A program made the position numbers and the translations under genes. The notes beneath the pieces are model-generated. The model was not told where the DNA came from. It worked only from the letters and a program-made list of their open reading frames with translations, and made no database searches. DNA of 62,861 nucleotides, the filler included, from Lenisia limosa (lineage: Eukaryota; Protista; Breviatea): assembly GCA_001655205.1 (NCBI GenBank). It is 12 parts of 12 records of this genome, joined end to end, with 100 filler letters (N's around TTAATTAATTAA, not from the genome) between each part and the next. Parts side by side here need not be neighbours in the genome. Positions count along the whole stretch, not along the records: positions 5,828 to 27,930 come from LPNZ01003542.1; positions 28,031 to 34,290 come from LPNZ01009219.1; positions 34,391 to 40,274 come from LPNZ01011008.1; 9 more parts are not named here. One strand, given 5' to 3'. Below are positions 25,801 through 37,985 of the stretch, one piece after another; positions within the stretch are counted from its first letter, which is position 1, and every line of letters starts with the position of its first letter.

Positions 25801-27920
25801 GTGGAGGTAAGGGTGGAAGGAACTTGTTCAAGGTGAAGAGTAGCAAGGTTAACGAAAGCAATCACTAAGATTGACACTAAACAAAAGGACTGTATTACTG
25901 CGGTCTTGAACGATAAAATCAGCTTTACTTTCAGTGAAATCGCTCAAGAATTATCAGTCAGAATATGTGTAGTTTCAAGCTAAATCTACCATGAGCAAAA
26001 TTAACATTTCACCTGTGAGTTGACAATGAAACGAAGAAATAGAGCCAACAAATCAACATGTCTGCAATTAATACTTATACATACAATAACATGAGAAGCA
26101 TGGCAATTCATCCAGCCCTGGCCAGGACCTTAATGACCGTCCTACCGTGTTCTATACGCCTTGGCTCGGTTTTTGACATCATTTGCGAACTTCATGAAGG
26201 AACGTGACGGACTAAATAGCCATTAGAACCAGATCGGTATTTTGAGTGTGAGAAATGTCACACACATGGTAGAAGATTAAAATATGATGCTTATGTTTGT
26301 GATAATTCTGTATAAATAATCGATCCCCTTAATCGATCCCCCTATTTCGCCGCTCCCAACTGCTAATAGTATAGAAATATCTCTTGCATTTACACATAAG
26401 GACCAAATACCCCCAAGCCCCACTTTTGCAGATCGCCTGGATGCTTCTCGAACGCCGCGCCCCTATCACGTGAGAGGCATGTCGTGAGACAGTGAAAAAC
26501 AACACCTCGAGTCATTTTGCCTCCAAAAAATAACTCTTCTAAATATACCAAAACAAACACCAATAACTTCCAATAAATCCTGCATCTTTCCTGCCCCAAA
26601 AGCCCCAGCCCCACTCCGGGAAAGCGTAATGCTTGTAGAAGACATGCGTGAAGATTGACGATGAGTCTCCGGTCGCGGGGAGGCCGTGCCACATGAATTC
26701 TAGGGCCTTCTTCTCAATCATCTTCTCCTAAAAGAGAATCAGTGCCAAGGAAAGGATACATAATTCAATATAATTAGTCACTGGGTTTCTCCTATCCGGT
26801 GAAAATATCAACATTTATTGATACATAATACATATATTTTAGGGGTTCAAAGGAAACCTTGAGCAGCTTTTAATTTTGGATGAAGTGAAACCTAATATCC
26901 CTCACCTTGGCTTGTAAGTAAACCCGATTGATGATGAGCTCAGTGAAACTAGAATGTCAAAAAAAGAAAAAGAAAAAAAAAGGCAAAAGAGAATGCATAT
27001 TGAATATAACGGCGCTCATATGACGTATCAAAACAATTATTTGACTCTAACACCAACAGAACATTCAAAGCCACCACCCTCCCCAGCAACCCACCCTAGG
27101 TTCTTGTAAAGGTACGGAGCAAAGTTGGTATAGCCGAAGGGATCGATTTCCCAGCCAATCTAAACAGAGTGAAACATGTGCGACAGAAAATCACAGGCAA
27201 TACACATTATATTTAATATCTCTCCGGTGTTCCCACTACATACAATACCCCTGTTGTAATATTGCACTCCCATTTCTCCTGTATGCTTAGGTTTTGAGTG
27301 TCCCCTCATCTACCTCCAAATATAGAAATATGAAAAAAAAAAAAAGCGACAACACAACCCGCTCTGATCCACAGTTGTCTCCACAAACCTTGACTTGAAC
27401 ACCAAACGTTTTCTCAATCCAGGAAAGCCCTAATACGTAAAACAGAAAACACCACCCAGGTCACAAAAAAGGGACAGGTCGAACGCCGAACTCGTAATAC
27501 AAACAAAAGGAAGTCATTGAAACTGTTGCTCTCAATCAATAAAAATTTGCAAAATAACCTTACCCCTCCTCACTCCGCCCCCTCACCAAACTCCAGTTGC
27601 TGTATCATGCTTTCGGCATTGGGAATGGCATTGTCATGTTCCACCCATCCGCCTACATGGTTATCCAGTTTCGAACTGTCAAATCACCTTCGGAAGAGAG
27701 AACAAAACCACACATCAGTTTCATTCAATATTATGTTTTAGATTTGTGTATTATACTTGGCCAAAACGTCCGCTACACTAACCCGTTATACATCAGAAAA
27801 CAAACCCCTCGGACCCCCCCACCAGAAACCAGCTCAAACTGCCCGTTAGCAATTAGGTCCTTCATCGTCTGCTTTTGTGTCTCGCTGGCTGAACCCCACC
27901 ATCTCTCTAAGTAGATCCTG
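16875..27920 (-). CDS. GH38 (class II) alpha-mannosidase, multi-exon, 5' end cut by the scaffold edge; apparent C-terminal TM helix
   Basis: In order: YLERWW..LIANGQFEL, GGWVEHDNA, IGWEIDPFG (nucleophile Asp), LEFMWHG, HVMVPFGDDFLY, VRYSTPSKYF, GYYTSRPNLK, LVQHHDAITG, VAVPALG, KSGTYVMYP, IETDLHNTGLRTDSG, GEGQISFMLHRAFKQDDWRGLSE, LPENVRILT, GLRLHN. Exons below ~17990 are more tentative. Confidence 0.92.
18408..18503. repeat. Repeat family D copy in a GH38 intron
   Basis: GGGGGGGGGGGTAAAATTGAAAAATTTTATGAAACAAAAAACCGAAATCAACTCTGTTGGCTGACAACACACAAGTG. Confidence 0.8.
23631..24122 (+). CDS. Small Pro-rich/coiled-coil protein nested antisense in a GH38 intron
   Basis: ATG, three short GT-AG introns and TAA give ~MSDPQVLVVKSAPPPLPPPPPPPTSKVVMKPLQL-TNFRP-KNLQDELALLKRQLKKETEESGRMVGSTLPCLNQK-RRQALTDEERQAEDDARMTGPAKTSKMLGAIAAAAAI*. 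Confidence 0.6.
24455..24750 (+). CDS. Possible second nested gene, LisH-like helix
   Basis: Frame MTDAAFVINVCLKRMDFFETLTAFTVELKATENQLL resembles LisH spacing (I..L...[FY].ET..AF..E); short, with uncertain structure. Confidence 0.3.
25755..25826. repeat. 36-bp tandem duplication spanning a GH38 splice acceptor
   Basis: TGACGTGTCTGTGGAGGTAAGGGT[AA/GG]AAGGAACTTG twice, at 25755 and 25791. Confidence 0.9.
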
Positions 27921-28048
27921 GGGGGGGGGGNNNNNNNNNNNNNNNNNNNNNNNNNNNNNNNNNNNNNNNNNNNNTTAATTAATTAANNNNNNNNNNNNNN
28001 NNNNNNNNNNNNNNNNNNNNNNNNNNNNNNGTGTGTGTTATATAATCT

Positions 28049-28298
28049 GTTTATGTTTATGTTTATGTTTCTGTTTCTGTTTTATGTTTCTGTTTATGCT
28101 AATGTTTATGTTTATGGTAATGCTATTGTTTAGGTTGAGGTTTAGGTTTAAGGATTATGTTTATGCTTATGTTTATGCTTATGTTTATGCCTATGTTTAT
28201 GCTTATGTTTATGTTTATGTTTTTGTTTTTGTTTATGTTTTTGTTTAGTTGTGTTTCTGTTTATGCTACTGTTTCTGCTTATGTTTGTGGTGGTTTAT
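28049..28298. repeat. Degenerate hexamer microsatellite (GTTTAT/GCTTAT)n
   Basis: Direct reading; it produces the spurious poly-MF and poly-YV ORFs. Confidence 0.9.
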
Positions 28299-29093
28299 NN
28301 NNNNNNNNNNNNNNNNNNNNNNNNNNNNNNNNNNNNNNNNNNNNNNNNNNNNNNNNNNNNNNNNNNNNNNNNNNNNNNNNNNNNNNNNNNNNNNNNNNNN
28401 NNNNNNNNNNNNNNNNNNNNNNNNNNNNNNNNNNNNNNNNNNNNNNNNNNNNNNNNNNNNNNNNNNNNNNNNNNNNNNNNNNCGCGCAGGGGATCAACCT
28501 CGGCGTATAGCTGCAGGGGGGGTGGGTAAAATTGGACAAATTATTAACAAAATTGGTCAAATCATCTCTGTTACAGGAAAAAACGGGATAATTAGACCTT
28601 TGAAAGAGGGGGAGTAAAATTGGAAAATTTATGAAACAAAAAAGCCTGAAATCAACTCTGTTGGCTGNNNNNNNNNNNNNNNNNNNNNNNNNNNNNNNNN
28701 NNNNNNNNNNNNNNNNNNNNNNNNNNNNNNNNNNNNNNNNNNNNNNNNNNNNNNNNNNNNNNNNNNNNNNNNNNNNNNNNNNNNNNNNNNNNNNNNNNNN
28801 NNNNGGAGGGTTAAATAGACAATGCCAACTCCAGCGTATACTTTGATCTCCTCCAGCGTATACTTTAAATCTCGCTTTTCCATCTTCCCACCTTCTTCAG
28901 TGCATCATTGGGCGGTGGCGGCGGAGCTGAAGGTCGATACTGCTCATATGTGTGTCCGTGTTCAAATAGACCCAGAAGTGATATGTCTTCTTCCTGAAAG
29001 TGTGACAAATTGAGTTTCATGAAACGCTACCAACAGCAATTCCCTGGTCTAATACTTGAACCCATAAAAAATAAAACAATGGTAGAGTTGATG

Positions 29094-29262
29094 TACAGTG
29101 ACCGGGATTAGTCTTGACTAGGGCTCACTTCGGTTCGAAAAAAGACTGAATGTCTCGAAAACTATCGATATTTGACTGGTAATTTTCGAATCGAAGTGAA
29201 GCCCTTGTCTTCCCATTCATTTCCCTCGTGAAAATCGATCAAGTCTTATCCCAGCCACTGTA
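29094..29262. mobile_element. MITE family B (TA-CAGTG...CACTG-TA) with a nested full family A MITE (29119-29206)
   Basis: B ends TACAGTGACCGGGATTAGTCTTGAC / TCAAGTCTTATCCCAGCCACTGTA; the inserted A is flanked by GTCTTGAC / GTCTTCCC (6/8-matching 8-bp TSD). Confidence 0.85.
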
Positions 29263-29759
29263 TATGATTCCTCCTAATAATATGTCAGGATGAGAATAAA
29301 CAAGGTTCTATCAGACAGAAGCCGTCCGCACCATCACGCTTGAAGATTATGGATAATAGCATAATGTAAATAATAACATAAAAATCCAGTTTTCAACTTA
29401 TTCAGAGTAATTTATTAAATTGTAAATTGCCATGAAGAGATGGAGACTAAATTATCAAATATTAAAATATACACTATTTTCCAACATTTCCATGGTGCTG
29501 GCAACGGTTTCACTTCGGCTAAAAAAAACTCGGTAGAATATCAATAGTTTGAGATATTATCGATAAATTCAGTCTTACTGTCAAACCGTAGTGAGGCCAG
29601 TTAGAAACCCCCACCCCCATCGACCGATTTTTACACAGACACCTTTCATTTTCCATTTCCACCTTCCTCCAAAAACGTCGCTTCAACTCAAAAACAACAT
29701 CTTATAGTATATCGATAATATCAATGGAGATTATTCGCACTTCCCTATGGTTACAAAAA

Positions 29760-29870
29760 TCTGAAATCCTCGATAAATCCTCAATAAATCCTTGATAAAT
29801 CCACCATAAATCCTCCACAAATATCGATAAATCCTTGATAAAAGAATAAATCCTCCATAAATATCGATAC
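29760..29870. repeat. Degenerate ~11-bp ATAAATCCTCG-type tandem array
   Basis: About ten ATAAATCC/ATAAATAT units; the same motif sits inside MITE family A. Confidence 0.7.
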
Positions 29871-31258
29871 TAACAGTGCTGAAGTACCCCAAAAATGCAA
29901 GCCTGTCCCGCTTTGCGGCGCGCAAAAAACGATGAGAGCCTTTTTTGCATCACTTATGACTTTGATATGCAAGAAAAGGTGTTAAATGAGGCTAATTTCA
30001 GGGGGATTTATGCGAATTTTTGTGTCGAAGTAGTTTCCAACCCTCAGCGGTAAAAAAAAAGGGGGGAGAACCCCAAGAGCAGCAAAACAAGGTAATGAAA
30101 TTCCACCATGCTAACAGGATTCAAAGCCGCAGTTTTGGCGACTATGTCGGAGGCAGCCACCTTCCATTGTTCGATCAAGTTAGCAACAACGAACTCACCG
30201 AGAGGGACGTCATTAGACCCTGTATTTCGGTTATTTCATCGTTTAAGACGCTAAATATTATGTTCCTACCCTTAGAGTCGTATATGCCGCTCATTTACGA
30301 AAGAAGCTTGGCTTTCTTTACATCCTTCTTTGCCCTTCTCCGCTTCTTAAAATAACAATCAATTCAATATCCACTACTAATGGACTAAAACTGAAATAAC
30401 CAAATAAGCGCGCCAAAACCTAGGAGGATATGGTTCTTGATCATTTTGATCATATACTGTTGTTTTTAGGAATACACTTCATTAAAGAAAGAGAACGACA
30501 ACATTGCCTCCACACAGAGCCAAGAGTCATTATAATTCTTTTGTTTATGTTTATTGTGCAAAGGATTAATGCTGAGGATCAGGCTGAAAAAAAAATAAAC
30601 ACTTCAAGATGGCCTTTTGTAGATTCGCAAGAATATTAATACCGTGGTCTGGTACCAGTGATGCTGCTTGTTGACCAACAGCATTTTTTTTTCTTCTTTT
30701 CTTTTGTTTTTCTTTCAATTCTTTTTTTTTAAGTTTATGTTTCAACAAAGCAAAAGGAAATCAACCATCCGATCCCCCTTTTTTTTCTCTTTTACGATGA
30801 ACTGACTACCTACTATCACCTCATATACCCAATACTCAAGTAATTCTTCGCCACCCTCAGCCCTGGCCTGGTTATCCCTACTCAAGCTCAGACTTCTGAG
30901 AGACACGAACGGGAATTGAACCGTGAAAATCTGAGACTCATCAATCAAGAGGAAACGTAAAAACACGTAGTATGAATGTTCAAAATATGGTTCTTATCAA
31001 GAACAATAGTCTATGGTGCCAAAGACCACAAACTGACCAGCATGAAGACCATGAATCGGGATGGATCGCTGAGTCGAAGAGATCCGCTACGAGAGTTGAA
31101 ATTCGGTAAACATGGGAATGGCATGTACACAACCGCAAATACGTGACAAGAAATCCGATATTAAATAAGATAGAAACCTCAGAAACAACTAGAAGAAAAA
31201 AACAAAAAAAGGAAAAGAGTGGTAAGACGGGATATGAACCAAATCACTTCCTCTTCCA

Positions 31259-32054
31259 TCAACAAATCCTTGGCGACGGTCTTGACGCAAGGGAGGATGT
31301 CCAGGTGGTGACAGGGGCTGGCGATCGTTCCGTTCTGTGAGAAATGTAAGATGAGGGGATAGCTTGGGGTTGAAACAAACATGAAGAAGCCTGCAGCTTG
31401 TGGTTTTGCACACGAAGGTCCTCAATCTCCTTTTGCTGTTGAGCAACGAGTTGTGTTAGTCGTTCAACTTCTGAAAGCGGGCTAGGAATCGGTGCAACTT
31501 CTTCTTCTAGAGAATCGACAAGTTCAGGGTGAGGATAAGACGCTGGGGGCTTAACAAGATCAAGTGGTTCTTCATCAACATCATCAAGACTGTCTTCACT
31601 GGTGTCATAAGCAGAGGCACCTTCTTCCTCGTACTCCAACACTGGGCTACCAATCTCGGACAGAAGTGAATCAGTGATTGCATCTAACTTCTCGGGAAGC
31701 ACAGGTGTACCAGTACCAAACGATTCAAAGCTATTGGGAGTGTTGTAGCGGTCTTCAAGCATTGATTTGTCCGAGATGAGAAACTGAGACGTATTTCTTG
31801 GGGCACTTGGTCGATAATCTAAAATGTTAGAGAGAAAGACGAGAGAATTGCTCCTTACCACTTAAGTTGACGCCTTTTCTGACTTTGCCATGCAGGTTCA
31901 CAGGATAATGTGATTCAGTGCTGGCAATTTCGGCAGCATAATCTGCCTTGTTACTCTGGATGCGCTCTCGGTGTTGGCGATCTTTCAAAGAGCGGTTCCG
32001 ACGACGCTTCTTGCGAGTGCGAGTTGGTGTACCCGGAGCTTTAGATTCAGACAT
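31259..32054 (-). CDS. HEXIM-like protein: basic region, APRNTSQFL motif, acidic region, C-terminal coiled coil
   Basis: Exon 1 (31859-32054) has RTRKKRRRNRSLK. After a 40-nt GT-AG intron: RPSAPRNTSQFLI (cf. HEXIM PVAPYNTTQFLM), an acidic stretch, then EVERLTQLVAQQQKEIEDLRVQNHKL. The 3' end is uncertain. Confidence 0.65.
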
Positions 32055-33220
32055 ACTTAAAGAGATTTGGTGAACTGAAAAAAAAAAAAAAAAAACTTTA
32101 AATAGTAACCTGGAGGGGATATAGCGGAATATTTAAGTTCAAAATTTGTTAATTGTTTTGCTTTAGTTTTGATTAATCCGATATAGTTGTTCATTGTTCG
32201 CTAAAATTATACAAAGTAAGCCGCCACCAAGTATGTTTGGGCGATTTTCTTTGTTTTTGTTTTTGTGTGATCATTGTGAATCGTCTTTTCTTGAGTTGTA
32301 TTCCTTCCCAAGCCTAATATTGACGCTTTACTACAGTTAATTCTTTTTCTAACATTTGATATCATGATAGAGGTATTTATCCTGTTCCCTCCCAATGGGC
32401 CTCACCTTTGCCATGTCACCAAACATTTATGTTCTGTAGTTGTTTATCTCACAGTTATCCAATTGTTTTTACTCTATTAAATAATAAAAATCAGAATAGA
32501 AAAAACCATTGGAGGCGATTACTGCACGGTCGTTCAAATAGTTTGAATAACAATAATAACTTCATATCACTTGTATTTTTTGGGAACCCGCTTCTCTGAC
32601 CCATTAGAGCTGACATCGTAAGAAGCAACCTCCAAAATGTCAACTGGGATGACATCCCCCAGGAAGTAGGCTGATTTGATCTGTCTTCAGGTCCTATCAT
32701 GTTGCATATTTGCTCTTTCGTTTATACATTTGAATAATTCTCTCCTTTTTCGAGGGATAAAACAGAGATGGAAGGAATACTACATGAAATCTATACATAT
32801 TCTTCACTATGAGCCCAAGAAGCAAATAAGGCAATGTTTACTCTTGTGAATAGGAAAACATGAGGGGCAACAAGGGATTAATAATCGGTTATCAAAGATT
32901 TTTCCATTAATGGTTGTGTCTGACATCAGCAGGATCCCTGGTCAAACAAAGAAGTCACACGTTTCTAACTGCGGGTGGCTGGATATACCCTCGGACGGCC
33001 CGTACTCGACCCTTGGCGAGCGCGAAGTAGGGGGGCTTTTTGGTAGAGGGGAGGCTTTTAGTGGCTTTTTAGCCTTTTTGGATTCTCTACGTGTTGAGGC
33101 TTCCATAGGCTTTTTGATGGCTTTCGAGGGAGGTTTAGGGTGAGGGGAGTAGGAGTTTTAGGGGTGTTGTTCCCAAAAAACGGTCTCGCTCAAACATTCC
33201 CCGATAAAGTAGTGATCCTG

Positions 33221-33297
33221 CTCACTTCGGTTCGAAAAAAGACTTATTTTCTCGATTAATCCTCGAAAACTATCGATATTTCCCTTAACCAAAGCCT
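33221..33297. mobile_element. MITE family A copy (degenerate right end)
   Basis: GCTCACTTCGGTTCGAAAAAAGACT..AATCCTCGAAAACTATCGATATTT. Confidence 0.7.
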
Positions 33298-33699
33298 TAG
33301 ATCCTGCGTTCTATACACAACCATACAGGTCATATTTACATATGATATGTAATACAACTTTTTTTTATTATTATTTCTCATTGCTAGATGCATATACTAT
33401 TTAGAAGTTTGTTTCATATTGGTTGTCTTCCACATTTTCGCATTTCTCCACACCAATTTTACCTTTACTTCCAATTTGTATTACTGTTACATTTGTTATC
33501 AAGCAATATCTCTTATTTGCGTGATGGTGTGGACGGCNNNNNNNNNNNNNNNNNNNNNNNNNNNNNNNNNNNNNNNNNNNNNNNNNNNNNNNNNNNNNNN
33601 NNNNNNNNNNNNNNNNNNNNNNNNNNNNNNNNNNNNNNNNNNNNNNNNNNNNNNNNNNNNNNNNNNNNNNNNNNNNNNTATATAAGTTCATCTTTGCAG

Positions 33700-34231
33700 T
33701 TAGAGACTCTTCTCGGAGCCCCACTCCCAGCATTAAAGTACCCCTGCACATTGGACCTTTCTTTGAGGTGAGTTTATAAGAAAACTTGATTAAGGAATAT
33801 ATTCATCTAATAGAGTCATAAATTTCCTCTTTTCATGAGACGCAGAAGCGACTGGCCNNNNNNNNNNCCCCAGGGACTTCTACTTTCACAGTCTGGCGTT
33901 TCTGAACAAGGTGCCAAATGTACTCAAAGAGTTAGCGATGCGGCGTGGTGGCCATGCTATTTTGAGTATTTTATTAATAGAAATGTAAAATATGGAAAAG
34001 TTGTATCTGGTCGAAGCCGTCCACACCATACGCTTAGATGAGATATTGGGTTATAGTGCATATTAATTCACCCAATCATTTGGCTTGCAACTCTGTTCAC
34101 ACAGCTTTCTGCATGCCTCCCTACCAATATCACGCCTTAGACTGAACGCGTCTCATAATTCGCTGGGACCGGTCATGGACCTTCCAATTCATTTGACCTA
34201 TGTGAAGAGACTCTGTCTTGCAGATAACAAT
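33700..34231 (+). CDS. Leucine-rich-repeat protein fragment
   Basis: Exon LNASHNSLGPVMDLPIHLTYVKRLCLADNN (two LxLxxN units) and upstream LKYPCTLDLSL; GTGAG donors. Confidence 0.5.
34001..34131. repeat. Dispersed repeat family C copy
   Basis: GTATCTGGTCGAAGCCGTCCACACCAT..GAGATATTGG..AATTCACCCAATCATTTG..CACAGCTTTCTGCATGCCTCCC; matches 45556, 54388, 38905 and ~12 partial copies. Confidence 0.85.
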
Positions 34232-37200
34232 GTGAGCATTGGGAGGGTTGGAGAATTATGTAAGAAAAAGCTGAGACTTAGGTAATGTCGNNNNNNNNNN
34301 NNNNNNNNNNNNNNNNNNNNNNNNNNNNNNNNNNTTAATTAATTAANNNNNNNNNNNNNNNNNNNNNNNNNNNNNNNNNNNNNNNNNNNNAAATAAAAAC
34401 AAGGTGTATCTGGCCGAAACCGTCTACACCATCACGCTGATAAGAGATATTGGAATTTAATTCACCCAATCATTTGATTACTATATAGAGATGTACCTTG
34501 TCTCACCTTGTTATTGTCAGGAGAAGCGAAAAAAGGACAAGCTTCATCATTTTGAGAGAGGAATCCTGTCGGTCAAATTAGACGGTCGAAATATATTCCT
34601 GGTTTGACGAATTTCACTGTTCGGTTGTTGAGAGTCGTTGAATTCAAAGGAAAGGACCAGCGGGTGGGCGGGGGTGGACAAACAAAGTTAACGATCTGTG
34701 AACCATGCTTAAAGAGAACCAAAGAAAGCAAAGTGGTCAATTTGTTGGGGAAAAAGAGGTCATGCCATCAAAAGTTGAATTTTAAAGTAGCTTATGTACT
34801 TTTTGTATCATATTCATACCTCTTACCAGATGACATAACATACCTTGAGATGATTGGAATGTCACAACTTCCGACCCTCAACTGCTCGCTGGTTGACTCT
34901 CTGACAATTTCCCAATTTACTGTTATTTATTTTATTATGGTACAATGCAAATACAATGCAACGCCACCAATCTGAATTCCCTGGACGCCGGCGGGAATAT
35001 TCTCGGAACATTAGTCCCTTCTTAATACATTTCATGAGACCCGGGGCGCCCCGGGAAAATCTGCACGTAACTGCATAATAATCCTGGGGTTACTCAAACG
35101 CAAAACCTCAACAACATTCACCTCCCTTGCCCTTGCACGCCCCTTCTCCAGCCTTCGCTGTTCCCTGCTGTTGTCGCTACTTCACTTTAAAAAAGGATAA
35201 GGTGGGAGGAGGGTTTGTAATTTCTTCCTCGATTAACATATCCTTTCTAGGAGAGATATTATCTTTATCCCGGTCACTGTACTCAAGTAGAATATATTAT
35301 ACTACACGCCTCGTCCTTTACTCAAAAAGGGAAGACATCTCATTGTATTTCTGATTTCTACAAATCTGCTATTGATATTATCTTGTTGTGTTTTTCATGT
35401 CTTTATACTTTTTATATGTAATATATTTTCTTATTTCTTCCCATTCACTTTTACAGAGTTTATGCTTTCTCATTTCCTCGCATTAACTTTTCAGTTTTCC
35501 TTTAACAGAGAAGTTCACTGGTGAAATGCTGTAAGGGGGCACCAACCTCGAAAGAGTCAACTATGTCAGCTGAACATTAGATAACCACCAATAAAGTAAT
35601 AAAAATAGGACTCCAACCCGTTCTAAAGATTATCAGTACCTGTAAAATCCCTCCAAAAAATAACTACAAAAAAGAGAGGAAAACGTAATTTTTGTACTAC
35701 CAGACTGCAAGAAAGACGACTGTTGAAGAGGAAACTATAACACCCCTCCTTTTTTTAAAAAAATTATCCAATATTACCCCTTCCCCTCCCCCTCCCCTAG
35801 AAATCCAACCCCTGAATCTCAGCCTTGCTGTATCGTACCCCCACCTTCAGATTATGTTCGAAAACCGAAAACAAAATCGCTGCCACCACCACCACCACCA
35901 CCCGGTAGGTGTTTTCTGATGTTTTCAATAATATCATATATTATACTCTTTATAATTGGAGATATATTATTACAGGGTGTAAGGTGTAAGGTATGTATTT
36001 TGGTATTAATATACGGTCAAAATGCGGTGTGCATAGGGATGTAATACAAATGAGAAGGTGAAATAATTTGTAACTGTTTGTGGGTGAATTATACCAATAT
36101 CCAATATCATATAGTATATACATATCTTATAATCGTGAGATGTGGACGGCTTTGGCCATACAACTTTGTTTTTTTCTCTCATCTCTATCATATCATCTTT
36201 TACAATATGCAGTCAAACGAAAGCCCAAGAAGTACTCAAATGATCAGACAAACAAACGTCCACGGGAAAGTCAGGACCCTACTGGTAGGCATGTTTCTTA
36301 GGGCTTCTCCTATGTATAAAAATATCAGGAAGCTATCGAAATATACTTGCTATGATTTCCCAAGAAAAAACGGTCAAAACTTATCCCATCTCTATGATTG
36401 ATCGAGAAGTTCTGTCATTTTCTGTATCTAGCAGCTCCCACCCCTGAAATTCTCAAATATATATGTAGTAATGCAAAAGTCGCTATAATTCTGCAAATCC
36501 TTAATAAATATCGATTTTTGACTGACTTTTTCGGATTGTGGGCAAGCCCTGTTGTTAGCTTTTGAGTCTTGTTCGTTAACCTGAAAGATGGAATGTTTGA
36601 CACGAATGGGAAGAAAAAAGAGAAACCGTCACCACCTGTCTTCTCCCTCCAACGTTGGTTAAAAGAATATGATTTGTGATATATATTTCTAAATGTATGT
36701 ACATATTAGTCTGCATACTCAATATGATATCGTTATGTGTAGTGTAGCTTCTTTTTAAAACGATTATCCCTTCAACATAAGTTTGAAGTATTCATAGCAT
36801 AATCTTTCTACAAGGAAAAAGAATAAGATGCAATACTGTATTTTTTTTTAACACAATTCATCTATCACGCTAGTAAACTATTTTATACAAATGTAGTTGA
36901 ATATGGTGTTATGATTTGTATATTGCAGTCCTCGATTAGTATTAAAATCTTTTTCTTGACAGTTACCCCGTGATGGGATATGGTGCTGCAGAACTGGCCT
37001 GGCCTTTTTTTTGTTTTATTGTCAACCCTTGTTTGTTACAAGCCAACAATGTTAATTTTGGGCTTTGTTACAACCGTTGTGTGTTGTTAGCTAACAGGTT
37101 GAATTTGTTTTTGTTTTTAGTTTCATATTTTTTTGGGTGTTGCTCCCCGTNNNNNNNNNNNNNNNNNNNNNNNNNNNNNNNNNNNNNNNNNNNNNNNNNN

Positions 37201-37919
37201 NNNNNNNNNNNNNNNNNNNNNNNNNNNNNNNNNNNNNNNNNNNNNNNNNNNNNNNNNNNNNNNNNNNNNNNNNNNNNNNNNNNNNNNNNNNNNNNNNNNN
37301 NNNNNNNNNNNNNNNNNNNNNNNNNNNNNNNNNNNNNNNNNNNNNNNNNNNNNNNNNNNNNNNNNNNNNNNNNNNNNNNNNNNNNNNNNNTTTTTTTTTG
37401 CAGTAAAGTCGGATTAGTAAGAGTAATCTGGAAAGTTATTGGACAAGATTGGAGAGGTATTGAAAATTGGACCCAGGAATTACAAACTCTTATATTCAGT
37501 GTAAGATGTGGTGCTGCAGAAGCGACTGGGTCTGAATTTTGTTTGTTTTTGTTGTTTAGTCTTTCTGTTTTAATTTTCCGTTTTTATCGCTCCCCCCCCC
37601 CCCCNNNNNNNNNNNNNNNNNNNNNNNNNNNNNNNNNNNNNNNNNNNNNNNNNNNNNNNNNNNNNNNNNNNNNNNNNNNNNNNNNNNNNNNNNNNNNNNN
37701 NNNNNNNNNNNNNNNNNNNNNNNNNNNNNNNNNNNNNNNNNNNNNNNNNNNNNNNNNNNNNNNNNNNNNNNNNNNNNNNNNNNNNNNNNNNNNNNNNNNN
37801 NNNNNNNNNNNNNNNNNNATGGCGCATTGACTTGGGATTATTGTAAAATGTAAAAAAGTTGATATTCGCATTTCCCTCTAAATTTATGGAAAACAGAAGT
37901 AATTTATGGGATTCCCAAA

Positions 37920-37985
37920 TACTCCACTCCCAAGTCAATGCACCGTTGTGTATACTCCATTCCCAAGTCAATGCACCGTTGTATA
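37920..37985. repeat. ~33-bp tandem duplication
   Basis: ATACTCCA[C/T]TCCCAAGTCAATGCACCGTTGT twice. Confidence 0.85.

Noticed and set aside
28033-28560. ORFs encoding poly-MF/YV peptides
   Set aside because: Translations of a hexamer microsatellite plus an N gap.
29880-33200. Open exon-like segments flanking the HEXIM-like gene (e.g. 30850-30950, 32590-32680, 32930-33130)
   Set aside because: Probably coding, but no family was recognised and no coherent model could be built, so they are not listed as features.
35041-35054. Perfect GC-rich palindrome CCGGGGCGCCCCGG
   Set aside because: Isolated, with no second copy or context; cannot be assigned a function.
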